A DNA stretch of 64,000 nucleotides from Gekko japonicus. Its lineage: Eukaryota. This document shows, piece by piece, positions 23,615 through 36,395 of the stretch (the first letter of the stretch is position 1; every line of letters begins with the position of its first letter). Under the pieces are notes generated by a model, which saw nothing but the letters and a program-made list of their open reading frames with translations, was not told where the DNA came from and did no database searches. The DNA lies in contig NW_015168670.1 in assembly GCF_001447785.1 (NCBI RefSeq), positions 203,513 through 267,512 on the forward strand, in the 5' to 3' direction. Both the position numbers and the translations under genes were made by a program.

Positions 23615-26600
23615 TAATTCACCCAGGCTGGCTGTGGGCATGCCAGCCCCTCTGTCAGGCAGAAGCGCCTGAGATCCTCCCCCTCCCCTTTTTCTTTGCC
23701 CGACTTGGAGGCGAAGGGAAGGGAGAGGGGGGGAAGAATGGATCCCAGGTGCTTCTGCCTGTCAGAGGGGCTGGTGCACACTTCCGGTGATGTCAGGGTG
23801 TGTGGCATATGCTAATAAGTTATGCTAATGAGCTCCTGCAGCTCTTTTTCTACGAAATGACCCCTGCCTTTATGTCTGCAACACCCATTTAGAAACAGTT
23901 CCCTCCATCCTGGGAGGAGGCGTGGTTTTCAGCTTTCCATCATTCTGTGATTTGTCCCACTGCAACCATGTGTGATTGGCTATGCTCCCAACTATGGCAA
24001 TCATGGGGTTTTTTGCCTTCAAATGACTGCATTGTGAAGGCAAAAAATCCCATTGTGTTCCATTTCATGGAACCATCAAAATAGACTCCCAGTGTATGTC
24101 TTGTGTTGGACTCAAAGATGCATGCATAAGGACTATTTACACCTTGTGTTAGAACAATGTGTGAGAAAAGTGTAATTATATCAAAACAGGTACTTTCACT
24201 TGTGAAAGTGTTTGTGCAACAGCATGAACAATCTCTTGCACAGGCAAAAGTATAAGAAATTCTATTGTGTCTGCTTCTTAAAACACAATAGAAACTCTTG
24301 GGCAAGTGTTGGTACAGCGGTAGTAACTGCTGTTTTCCCTTCCATTCTCAGTTCTTTGGCTCTGACGCATTGGTTTCACATTTATGTGAACAGTCCAGGA
24401 GCCATACCAGATGGCTGCAAAACATGAAATAAAGTTTGGCTCCATGAGCAAAAGCCAGCAATAAAAAGGAAAAAAGGTATATGCAAATTAGGCTAAGAAG
24501 ACCCTCTTCGTCTACACGCACTCAGCACCATGGGAGTCGGTGTGATCATCTCCATAGTTAGAATATTCACCCACCCTTCCCAATGGGGAAAGTGCTCCCA
24601 TATGTTGTTACTGTTGTTGTTGACAGTACATGTGGAAAAGGCTTCGTATGCATATATGCTAATGGAAATCTGCAGATACGGCAGGGAGCATTGTTCTGGT
24701 ACTTGTACAAAAACAAAAACCCTGCCCCGATTTAACAGTTATGTTATGGCTGTCACAGAGGATCCCTTCCTCCTCAGGCCATGGTGACGGTGGTTTTTAA
24801 CTTGAAACAGATGCTTTGTCCTTGAACATTATTGAATGACTAGCACTTGGGGCAATGCCATGGACTGCATCAGTAGAGGAGCCCAACAGGGCTTTGCTTC
24901 TGAGCAGCGAGCTAGCAGCCTGTGAGACCAGCACGGTGCCTCTCTCCTGATCCTTCCAAATGAAATTAGGAAAATGGGCCGCCTCAGTTGCATCTGCTTT
25001 TGCACCGCACGAAATGGCATTACAAAGAGGGTTCACTGGCTGGGGAAACTCGCAAATGTAATTTCCTACTTGAATTATCTGTGCCAATCTGGCAATGATT
25101 TTTTGTTGTTTGTTTAAAGGAACCCACAACCCATTTAAAAACAGAATCTGAAAACAACAACAAAACTCCAGCCACTGTATTAAGAATAACAAGGTACTGG
25201 ACTTCATTTCAGACCCAAAAGGGGTACATTTCAGAACATTTTTTTTAAAAAGTATTTCCAGATCTTAATGGTGGATTGATCTATACAGTGAACGGCTAAG
25301 AGCTGGAGACGTGGTAGTTCCTATCCACACATTTGTGTGAATTTTTGGTTTGTCACATCATGGATACCTTCAGGAGAAATGTTTAAAGCCAGAAGTTCTT
25401 TAAGCATGTTGGAATCTTGACAAGACATTCAGGCAGACAGGCCCAAATATTTGGCAAAAGTTCCACGGAGGCATCTAAACTCTGGTACTTCTGGTACTGG
25501 GTTTATGCATAGACATGTATCACGTGATCTCTCATCTACTTGTTGATCCACAGCTGCCTGTGCTCACTATCACAAAGCACGATGACCGCCGCAGCCTTCA
25601 AACCTTATCTGTGATGTGACATTCTAAGAAAATCATCCATGTACATTTCCCTTCTCTAACCACAAGATATTGAGAAACTTGTATGCTACAATGCATGGAT
25701 TTCCCCCTTTGCCTGCCCTAGGATCAGCAAAAGCATCTGAGTAAAATAAAGCTGGTCTTCTGCAGTGAGAATGTCAGTACTAAGTGCAAGGGCAAAAACA
25801 TGCTCACAAGCAGGTCTAGGAAGGATTAGGCGAGACTAGGGTTTCCCTTTGAAGTGTTGTACAGTACAATGCCTATAATACCCAGGGCAAGAGCGTACAA
25901 TGAGGAGGAAGAATTAGCAGGCAGGGTTCCAATATGGCTTTTTAATTATCATTTTTATAGCACCCTATAGTATGTGGCACTGTACAGAGGCCTTCCTTGC
26001 TTTTTCTTTCAACAGAGACGCACCTCCTGGTTATTTATTTCATTCTTATTCCATCCTAGGAGCTCAGGACAGGGGGTGTGGGGGGGGGCTTGCAGTAAGC
26101 AGTTTTTTTCATGGTAACGCAAGGTGGTGGTAACTGTGAAGCAAAAAGGCCTGAAAGATGACTGGTATTCAAATAAATAAAAATGTTAGTTGATCGATTC
26201 CTGCTCCGAGTGTGCCTGACTTTATTCTCTCCATGAGAGCCAGCGTGGCATCGTGATTAAGAGTGTCAGACTCTGATCTGGAGAGCCGGGTTTGATTCTC
26301 CCCTCCTCCACATGAAGCCTGCTGGGTGCCCTTGGGCCAGTCCCGGTTCTCTCAGAGGACTCTCAGTCCAGTCTACCTCACAAGGTGCCTGTTGTGGGGA
26401 GAGGAAAGGAAGGAGGTTGTAAGCCACTTTGAGACTCCTTTGGGTAGACAAAAGCAGGGTATGAAAACCAACTCTTCTTCTATGACTGCTGTGATTTTAA
26501 CACAGCTACAGGACAGCTGAGGAAGAGGAACAGAGATGATAGAAGAAGAACTCCTGTGCCATAATGCTTCCTCAGCCCTCCCCAAATAAATGGTTTTATA

Positions 26601-28209
26601 ATGTTTGTGAAAGGCTGCTAGGGCAGTTAATCCCTGTGGTGCCACTGATCTATTAGGTGGCTCTGGACAAAATACTTTCTCTCTTTGCCTCAGTTTTCCA
26701 TCTGTACAATGGGAACTGAATCTCACTGAGTGGTGAAGACCTTCACAGTGGAATGTACATAATAGCTTGTGCTTTGTGTGCAATATAAACTCATCGTGTA
26801 CTACTGGTGATCCAAGCTGAATGCAGCCCAACAACCATATATTGTGGCCTATCGTGGGCTCAATATCATTCCTAGTTTTGCAAAAACATGTATCATGATA
26901 TTAAGCAGTTTATTATACTTTATGGTTCACTTTTCCCAGTGAACTGTGCCTTCTGCTACTTTATAAGTAGTAAACTCAGGTGATAAGGTTTTTGAAGAAC
27001 TGTGAACCTGTCCAACAGCTGAGATCAGTATTGGAGACCCTGCTGTGTATGCCCCCTGATTGTCGGTTAAGGTTGATGGATACAAAAGAAAAGTCTTTCT
27101 CTCCAGTGGCACCATCAACAGAAAATGCCTTCCTCTCAGCATTTTGCCTGGACCCAGATTTGCTGCCTTTTAGGTACTAGGTTAAAATTCTGTCATTTGA
27201 CTAGACTTTTTGCTGACTTTTCCCCTCAAGTTTTATCTGTTGCCATCCTGCCTTCTGGATTTACTTGGAGCTGGAAATTGGACATTTTGTACATAGTATC
27301 CTGAGTTGCCTCAAGTACTGTTTGTGGAGAGCACAGCCAAAGAACATTTAAAATAAATAAATACAAATATTTTTGGAATACTCTAGCACATGAAGCTGGG
27401 GAAGGGGGGAGTAGAACATTGTTTGCATTGCCATCAGCAAGTCTGCAACTTCTTTCAAGTTAGAATCTGTCCCCAGTCAAGTATGGTGTATGAGGAATCA
27501 AGACAGGGCATCTTTGCTAACTGTATGGCAATACCAATGCAAAAGGCAGCCAGAAAGAAAATTGTAATGCACTATTCATGGTGGTTCAGCTGCTTCTAAA
27601 TTTAGCTCCACACCTAACAACTGGCAAATCTTTGAACTAAGCTTAAATTAAAACAAAAATCCACAAATCAAAGGATCTTTAATTTGAGGAAATCTCTCCC
27701 TTTCTGTAGGCTGAGTGCCATCTTTGTGTTTTGCCAAGCCTGTTCCTCAGAGTGATTCATAACCACATAATCAAAATATCTAATTCTCAACATGGCAAAA
27801 TCTGTGGACAGACAATACAGAGCATTCTACAAACCTGAAAAATAGCCTAGGTTAGGTTTAGGGGGGGAATCTTTAAAAAATACACATGGGGGTTAAAAAA
27901 ACCCAAATTAATCGAAGCATTACCTGAAATATTTAAGAAATGAATGCCCTCCATGACCATTGCTAGGCAATCACAACACTATTGCTAGCCTTCAAACCTT
28001 AGTTTCTGCCAGTAAAAGGCCTTTCCAGGGCAGTTTTGGCCTTTGAGAGAAGACTAATTAGAGCCAAGAGCCGCAAGCAAACACTGGGTGACTTGACACC
28101 ATGCAACTTGCATGACTTACCCAGGCCCAGCTGCTTACTACTGTTCAACAGCAGCCACTCCACGAAAGCCAGGGTTTCAGACTAGGATCTGGGAGACCCA
28201 GGTTCCAAT

Positions 28210-28543
28210 TAGGGTTGTCCGGTCCAATCATCATGCCAGTGGGGGGATGGGGGGGTTCTGGGAATGGGCAAGGACATCACACGATGTGCATACCTCACCT
28301 AGAAGTGATGTAGGCATGCCAGTGATGATTCTCTGGTTTTTGGGGAAAACCCTATGGTAAAATTGCCCTCAAACCATAGAGTTTTGCCCAAAAACCAGAG
28401 CGTCACCCCCCACGTCACTGACATGCCTACGTCACTTCTAGGTGATGTATGCACGTTGTGTGACATCCCTGGCTGGCTGCCAGTGGGCAGGAGCCTACAA
28501 AAGTGGGGGCTCCCCCATCCCCACCTGGGGAATGACAATCCTA
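28210..28543. mobile_element. hAT/Tip100-like MITE inserted in a SINE
   Basis: TAGGGTTGTC / GACAATCCTA ends; 8-bp TSD GTTCCAAT / GTTCCGAT. Confidence 0.8.
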
Positions 28544-29039
28544 GTTCCGATCCCCATTCTGCCATGGAAGCTCACTGGGTGACCGTGGGCCAGATATACA
28601 TTCTCAGAATAACTTACCTCATAGGGTTGGTATACAGACAGGAGACTGGTGTAGAATCCTTTGGGTCCCCCATTGTGGGGGGACAGAGAAAGGGTATAAA
28701 AGAAGTAAAAAATAATAAATATAGCTGAAGATGGGGTCAGATAAAAGGGAAGTTGATTGTGGGAAGGAGAGAAGGAAACAGGGAAAGGTGAGGATATAGG
28801 GGTTGCCTGGAAGAGGGAAAATCGTTTAGAGAAGGGGATATAGGGCCCAATAGCACTGCCAAGCCCCCAATCAGGGTGCAGGATTCCCTGCCCTAAGTTC
28901 CTCACTTGCATCACTAGTTTGGTGACATCACTTCCAGGGAAAACACAGAAGCGACTGCAGTAACTATAGGAATCACCATTTTACCACAACAAAGTTTGAG
29001 TCTGGTGGCACCTTTAAGACCAACAAAGTTTTATTCAAA

Positions 29040-29077
29040 GTATAAGCTTTCGTGTGCATGCACACTTCACCAGACAC
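29040..29077 (-). ncRNA. Penelope-type minimal hammerhead ribozyme motif with mutated core
   Basis: gtgt CTGGTGA a GTGTG-catg-CACAC GAAA gctt atac; conserved CUGANGA changed to CUGGUGA. Confidence 0.55.
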
Positions 29078-29080
29078 AAT

Positions 29081-29511
29081 CAGGGCTATTTTTGGGCCGG
29101 AACGCACAGGAACGGAGTTCCGGCTGGCTTCAGAGTTGGCCACACCCACTACAGAGGGAAGGCTTGGAGAGTGACCCCCCGGCGACTCCAAGGCGGGCAG
29201 GCTAGAGGGCCCCCTGGAAAGATCGGGGAGGCATTTAAATGCCTCCCTGTGCCTTCCCCAGCCCTTGGACCGGCATGCCTGGGCTCACCGCAGCTGTGGG
29301 GTGGCCGGGCAAGCCAAGGGAAGGCAGTTTAAACTGCTTCCCCTCCCCTCCAAGGGCTGGCTTGCCCGGGTTCCCCGCAGCCGCGGGGCACCTAGGCAAG
29401 TCAAGGGAAGGCATGGGTGTGTGGCCTAATATGCTAATGAGTTTCTGATGCTGGGTGTGGCCTATTATGCTAATAAGTTCCTGCTAGGCTTTTTCTACAA
29501 AAAAAGCCCTG
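29081..29511. mobile_element. hAT MITE
   Basis: CAGGGCT / AGCCCTG ends; perfect 8-bp TSD GACACAAT. Confidence 0.9.
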
Positions 29512-29608
29512 GACACAATGAAATGAAATCTCCTCACGCTGCACTTACAAGAAAAACAGGGTGGGGGGCATCCGTTAGGAAGGGCCAGTCACAGCCAAGA
29601 TGCATAAG

Positions 29609-29921
29609 CAGGGCTCTAGTCGGGGGGGAGCTCTCAGGTACGGAGCTCCGGAAGAGAACTTCTAGGGGGCGGGGCGGTCACGTGGTGAAGCCCCGCCCCC
29701 TTCTTTACCCCGCCCTCTGCTTCGATCCTCATTCCGTTTGGGAATGAGGATGAAGCAGGAGGGTAAGTAGCCGGGCCTTCTGACACACTTCCGGTGATGT
29801 CAGGGGGTGTGGCCTTCTGTCACTTCCGGTGATGTCAGGGGGTGTGGCATATGCAAATAAGTTATGCTAATGAGTTATGCTAATGAGCTCCGGCAGCTCT
29901 TTTTCTACAACAAGACCCCTG
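29609..29921 (+). mobile_element. Young hAT MITE, 313 bp, copy B
   Basis: Perfect 8-bp TSD TGCATAAG (29601-29608, 29922-29929). Confidence 0.92.
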
Positions 29922-30052
29922 TGCATAAGTAGGGCTGAAATTGGAACAGGTGGCCGGTAAGGTCAATGAATTTACCATAGAGTTTCTGTAATGTATCCTG
30001 ATACTGTACTGAATGCATTAAGATGTATGGAAATCATCTCATAGGGAAGCTA

Positions 30053-30353
30053 TGTTAAGCTTCGTCTTGGGCAAGGATTCAAGCCCAAGACAAATGTGTC
30101 CAATCACATTCAAGCAAGCTGTGAGCGGGAACGAAAGTGATTGGCTCTTATACGCTCAACCGTATTGGTTGGTATCTGTATAGAGGTGTGGCTACATTAG
30201 CCGGGAATTATTTAAATACCGGACAGCTACTATGGAAAAGCTGTTCGGGCTATCAGATGTTGTACCGTGTTGGAGAAGTGTTCGTGTTGCTGAATAAACT
30301 TGAGTTTTTGCTCAAATCACTCTCCGACTATTTGTTAAGCACTGGACTTAACA
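30053..30353 (+). mobile_element. Probable solo LTR
   Basis: TGTTAAG...CTTAACA perfect 7-bp inverted ends, CCAAT boxes, TATTTAAA, AATAAA 30293-30298; no clean TSD. Confidence 0.7.
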
Positions 30354-30924
30354 GTTTCCAGTGATTCCTAAAGCTACTAGCATTGCTTCCAGGTTTTCCC
30401 CAGAAGTTTGTGATACCAGCTCCCCATGTCCTCACCCCAACCTTACACCCATTGATAGGCTCAGGCTGGCAACCCCGGGGCCTAGCCTGCCATGCAACTG
30501 GGCCCAACCTGGTTGCTGGCACCACACAACTGGGCCTAGTTTTCCCAGGTAGAGTCTGGCAGAAAGAGGGAAAGCTGAAGACGGAAAAGGGGATGGCTAT
30601 GGGGGCTTTCAGGAAAAGGAAAGATAAAATAAAATATTGGAGGAGAAGAAAGATGCCCCCAGCAGGTCTTTGTGGGTCTGCTGCTTGTAATTAGGTAAAA
30701 CTCAGCACAGAACAAACACACTTTCTCTCAACATCTATCTCATTTTCATCCCATTTTTCCTACATGGAGCTAAGGTTGGTATACATAGTTCCCTCCTCGT
30801 CCATTTCTCCTCACAACAGCTCTGTGCAGCAGGTTAGGCTGAGAGAATGTGTCTGGGCCAAGCTTTGTGGCTGAGCAGAGATTTCAGCCTGGGTGTCCCC
30901 AGTCCTAGCTCAATACCTCTAGGC

Positions 30925-31276
30925 CAAGGGTCCCCAACATAGTGCCATGGCACCTGTCGACGCCTTTTCTGGCACCCATCAAGTGTTTTTGGAAGTGGGC
31001 GGGGCCAGATAGGGCTTTTGTCCAGCAACACTTCTGAGTGACTATAGCAGATTGTTTGGCTGTGCAGATATTTTGAAATGTCGCTTTGGCAGCCGCTACC
31101 AACACAGAACAAGGATCTACACACTAGGTTACTGAAGTTAAGCTGTGGCAATCATTTTGTGGCTGGTTCCAACTCCTGTGGCAGCCACTTTGTGGCAGCC
31201 ATTTTGTTGCTGCACCCACCACACCTTGACAGAATTCCAAATGTGCCCACAGGCTCAAAAAGGCTGGGGACCCCTG
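30925..31276. mobile_element. hAT-Charlie-like MITE
   Basis: CAAGGGTCCCCAAC / GCTGGGGACCCCTG ends; 6/8 TSD CTCTAGGC / CTCTAACC. Confidence 0.7.
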
Positions 31277-32792
31277 CTCTAACCCCTCTTTTATACTTGC
31301 TCACTCACAGTATCTGATCATCATTCAGTATTTCTAACACTATTTACATTGTGTTAGACTTGTCTAGACATCAGTTAAACTAGCAGAAGCTGAACAGAAC
31401 CTGATTCATCCATTTGGCTCTCAGATCGAGATGAAGAACTAAATTATTGACTCATCAACAAGAACTAATATTGAGAATGTGGGAAAAGGAAGATAATAAT
31501 TTACCAGTTCTACTGTAAATCATTATGAGCAACAAGGAAAAGTGGCATAGAAACAAAATCAATAATGTGACTAAAAATCTGAGCTGAGAGTCCAGCAATT
31601 CATGGTTCCAAGTTGGCCATGAATTGGGAAGCCACTCTTTCTCAGCCATAGTGCCCCACCCCTCGCAAAATGGGAAAGATACTGCCCTGCTTACTTGTAG
31701 TGGTTGCAAGTATTAATGAGACAATGGTATGCGTGCAGGGCATTTTCATTTGCCAAAAGAATGGGTGTTGATTTCCACGGATTCCCTCATCCTACCTCTG
31801 CCCCCTAGGCTGTTCCAGTGACCCTCAGGAACAAAACGGGGAGACACTTAGTGGACTGTAGCAGGAGGGGGAAGCAAGAAAGTACCACGAAGTCCACTAA
31901 ATATGATTCCCAGGGAACACTCAGGAAGTGCTCTATTAGCCTAAGTAATGATATCATTATAGTTTGGTAAATACAGTTTGCCAAGCATTCATTTTCACAT
32001 CTGAAATCCTCTATGGTGTGATCATAACTGTGACTAGCCGACATATTTTGCAGAACAGTGCATAACAGTGCAGGGACTATTATTGGCACAAGCTACAAAT
32101 GCAACATGAACAAAGGGGGCAGAGGAAAGAAAGTATTAAAAAAGGACGAGATAGTCTAATGAGCACTGTCGTGTTCTAACACATACAACACCATTTTCTG
32201 ACAGTCTCACACTGTGTGCCTTCTTTGGGAGCTCTTCAGGTGTCAATGCAAATGACAGCACAGTTCACTGTACCAGGTCACTGCAATGTAGATGTCCCAT
32301 TTGTGAGGAGACTCATAGCTGAGAATTAGTCACTCAGATTTAGTAAAATCTATCTTAATAACCAAAATAGTAATTGCTCCTAGCCAGAGTCTACCAATGG
32401 AGTTTTTTTTTTAAATGCCAGGTTTCAGCCTCAGTATTCTATTCCGAACAATCTCCTTCCTTTCCTTTCTCGGAGTTAATGCAGAGGGCATTTCATTCAC
32501 CAGCAAGCAAACCAGTCCCCTCACATTTGAGATGGGGGGTGGGGAGAGCATTCCTTATTTTAGATACTTCTAGAACTGAGGAATTTTTCTTAGTAAAAAT
32601 GAGGGGGATTTTTTGGAGACCATCTTCTGGGGTCTCTAAAGAGAATGCAGCCTGTGGAGGATGATTTTTTTTGTTTTGTTATAAAAATGCCATAAAATAC
32701 CTACCAGAATCTACCATGGCTAGTAAATGTTCTACTTCCATCAGGCCTGATCCTGTGAGGTCCGAGGTAAGCAGCAAACAGCAAACTATTCA

Positions 32793-33398
32793 AGGGGAGC
32801 GGTGGCACAGGGGATTTATCCTCTGGTTAAACATCTGAGCTGAACAGGACTGCTGTCAGTTCGAGCCCCGCACTTGGTGTGAGCTACCAAGTCTTGTCCC
32901 CAGCTCGCCGTCCACCCAGCGGTTCGAAAGCTTCGGCGAGTAGATAAAATGGGTACCGCTCCTTAGAGAGGGCGGGCACACTAAATCCCCCTCATGGGTG
33001 AGGTGTTAGCCGATAACGGAAGGTCCGTGCGGAACATCATAAGCCGAGAAAAGATCTACGCAGCCGCAATGGGACATTCCGGCCATTCCGGCCAGACGGT
33101 GGCAGTGGTGTGCTGCAACCAAGAAAAATGCTGACGACATCAAAAAGCGACACCGATAGAGAAGAAGAGAGAAAGAGAGAGAGAGGCTGCCTGGACCATG
33201 CCTGATGTTCACCGCAGATCACCGCAGATCATAAATTCCTTGTCGGCTGTGGAATGTGTGTAATTTAAATGATATATGTTGTCCTCCCTTACCCCCCTCA
33301 TTGTTAGTCCCGCGTCAAGAGTAACTGTAAATCGCTCAGAGCCGGCAGCTGCAAGGATTGAGCGATCAATAAATTGAAAGATTATTATTATTATTATT
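32793..33398 (+). mobile_element. Long SINE with Sauria-like head/core and L2-type tail
   Basis: Pol III boxes (ggtggcacag, gttcgagccc); Sauria-like cagcggttcgaaagc...gtagataaaatgggtacc; 3' aatcgctca/tgagcgat stem and (ATT)n. Confidence 0.6.
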
Positions 33399-33892
33399 TG
33401 TGGTAGAAATCCCAAAGAGGAGAAGTCCAGGAGAAATGTGTGGCCTGTAATCAATCATTAAGTGTCAAGAGCTAGGAGCTTTATTAGTTTTTCCTACCCC
33501 ACACATAGAATTTTCATTTACCATGGATCCATTTGCTGAATTTCCCCACCACCAAATCTAAAGTTTGCTTTGCCAAAATCTGCTTGGGGGAGAGTGACTG
33601 GTTCTCACACAGAAATGTAGTAACAACTTGAAACATGTTCACAAGCTGATTATTATGCAGAGCCGTCCATGTTATCCTTTCACTCATTACCTCAAATGCT
33701 TTCTGCCATCTGTTGGTAACAAACCTGCATCTGTCAGATTATCCATTGATCATGGCTCCCCTGCTAACTGGGATAGAAGCTTGTGGAGACAATCCTGGCA
33801 ATATGTGGGAGAAAACTACAGGTATGAAAGAAATGGTCATTTCTTACAGCTGAACCCTGTAGAGGCAAGGGGTGAGCAGTATTAAAATACTG

Positions 33893-34095
33893 GTGGTGGA
33901 AAGTGCCATAAAATCACAGCTCACTTATGGTGATCCAATAGGGTTTTCAAGGCAAGAGGTGGCTTGCCATTGCCTGCCTTCACGTCACAGCCCTGGTATG
34001 CCTTGGAGGTCTCCCATCCAAATAGTAGCCAGGACCAACCCTGCTTAGTTTCTGAGTTCTGATGAGATCAGGCTAGCCTGGGGCTATCTAGGTCG
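33893..34095 (-). mobile_element. 5S rRNA-derived SINE (second copy ~50172-50372)
   Basis: gtctcccatccaa...accctgcttag..tctga.gagatc is the reverse complement of the 5S internal control region, joined to a non-5S body. Confidence 0.75.
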
Positions 34096-35390
34096 GGGTA
34101 GCACCTGCAATTCCTTGCTGTGACTCCTGGTTGGAGAATTCAAGACCGAAACAACAGATATTCATTTTCCAAAAACAATATTACATCTTAAGGGTCTCCT
34201 GTTAATATATTCTTCACAAGAAACCATGTTTTTATAAACCCTGGGTCAATCAAGCCCCAATTAGCTGTCACACCTGAATATAGACTGTCCAGAAAAACGG
34301 GATTTGTTGGTCAGCACCAAAACAAGATTTCACACTAGGGCTGGAGCTGATTTGTCAAGCATAGTTTGTCCTAATTATAGTTGGTTGTGATCCCTGCATT
34401 CACAAAGTTTGGTGAGTAGCACTGAATGTCACAGCCACTGGACCACAGAGACGGCAATACAGGGAGACTTCTTGCCTACTGAAGCATGGAGAAAAGACAA
34501 GAAGAAAACCAAGTGGGATTTGTGTACAAACTGGCATTTATTACTTGCATCTGGTAAACGAACAGTTTGTTGCACAAATCATGGTTTAAACAAGCCACAG
34601 TTTATTGTGGTATCTGAAAGCAGCCAGAGTGTGTCTGTATTTACGATAATACACCAGACCAACACCCATTCAGATGACCAGAGAACTTTAGAGTGCAAAT
34701 GTAACATTGCTAGTATGAATGTTCATCCAGCTCAAAAATTTCCATCCTGTTGAAGATGGCCAAGTCAGAGGCAACTATTCTACTCTAGCCTTTTTAAAAA
34801 TATCCCAGCTTGTTATTTATAAGGACACTTTCTAAAATATCAGAATATTCAAAGCTGTGACCTCTCACTGAAATTTTGAAGGGGCATGATCCTAGGGGTA
34901 GTAAAGATTACCTCACTCTTTTTAAAAAGAAAGGGCAAAACTTTCAATTAAGAGGTCTATCTTTTAACACTCTTTTATAATATGCTTTTAGTCTGGACAC
35001 TTATTTTCAGCTGCTCAATTTTTGTTTGGTCTGGCTGGATTATTTAATGCTGGATTTTAATTTGTAAATTTTAATTGGTATGTTTGATCTCTCGGTTCAG
35101 TGAAGAGTAAATCAAATCTCAATCCAGATCAAACAAAAGTTATTGAAAGCTGGTGATCTCAGGGAGGTGGCTGGCTGATGTAGTACGGGGTCACACTTGC
35201 CCAGAAGAACTGGGAGTTACAGCTTGAGGCAATGTATCTTCTGGATTCAGCTTTGCCACTTGGTTCTCAAGTAAACATCTGTGTCCAGGTTCTCTGGGTG
35301 ACATTTTTTCCAGCTTCTTTGGGTGACTAAATCCCTAAACTGGCAAGGGATTCAGTTCTTGTGATATATGCCCCAGTAACACTAATTGAA

Positions 35391-36395
35391 TTCAGGTGGG
35401 TAGCCATGTAGTTTTATTCTGGACACAAGGTTTTGTGTGCACACACACTTCTTCAGATATATTGAAACAGAAGTCACCAACTATTACATACAGGGAGAGG
35501 GTGAGGAGGATGTTGCCAGAAAGGGCCAATTAGAGTTAAGATGCAAGAGTAACTGAGCAGTAAATATAGCGAAGACTGAAGGTGATTGGTAAGACCTCTG
35601 AATAGCATCAAATTAGCATACAGCATAATAAAGTTTACAACAGATGTGAGAACTGAATGACATTAGCATGTGTAGTAAAATAAGAAACTAATATCTCTGT
35701 TAAGCCCTGGGGATTCCATTGTCCTGAGTGTTGTAATAACTTAACTAAGCAATCTCCCATTCTAGTCCACTTCTGAAGTTCCTTTGCAATAAAACAGCTA
35801 TTCTGAGATCCCCCATTGAATGTCCTGGAAGGTTGAAGTGTTCCCCTACAAGTTTCTCAGTTTTGTGATTCTTGATGTCAGATTTGTGCCCATTTATTAT
35901 TTGGTGTTTGCCCTATGTAGAAAACTGAAGGGCATTGTTGGCATTTAATGACATATATATAATGTTAGAAGATAAGCAAGTGAATAAGCCAGAAATGGTG
36001 TTGTTGATATTGTTAGGTCCAGTGATTGTGTTGTCTGGGTGTATGTGACAGCAAAGATGGCATTTGGGTTTATTGCAAGCCAGTCTCCATGTTCAAATTA
36101 CATGTTGTATTATTGGGGTGAGTTGTTTTGGGGGGCCGTCTGTGAGCAAGAAAAGATTTGCCCACCAGTACTTGTGAAAAGGAACTGTCATTATCTAGTA
36201 GATGTTGTAAGTCCCTGCTGATGCATTGGACGGTTTTGAGTTCAGAGCTGTATGTGACCTGATCACTAGTGGTGGTCTGTTTATTGTCTCTTTTGGGCCT
36301 GTCTTGCAACAGGTTTTCTCTGCGTACCATTCTGGCTTTGTTAATCTGTTTCTTGACTTCATCAGGTGGATATTTTAGTTCCAACAATTATTGTG
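35391..36395 (-). mobile_element. Penelope-like element 3' part: RT-thumb/linker, GIY-YIG endonuclease, terminal repeat with decayed hammerhead
   Basis: YPPDEVKKQINKAR...LLQDRPKR; manual translation FTCLSSNIIYVIKCQQCPSVFYIGQT; CTGAAGA-stem motif at ~35425-35460. Confidence 0.85.

Noticed and set aside
34005-34095. 5S rRNA gene (also ~50295-50372)
   Set aside because: Partial, diverged and joined to a SINE body
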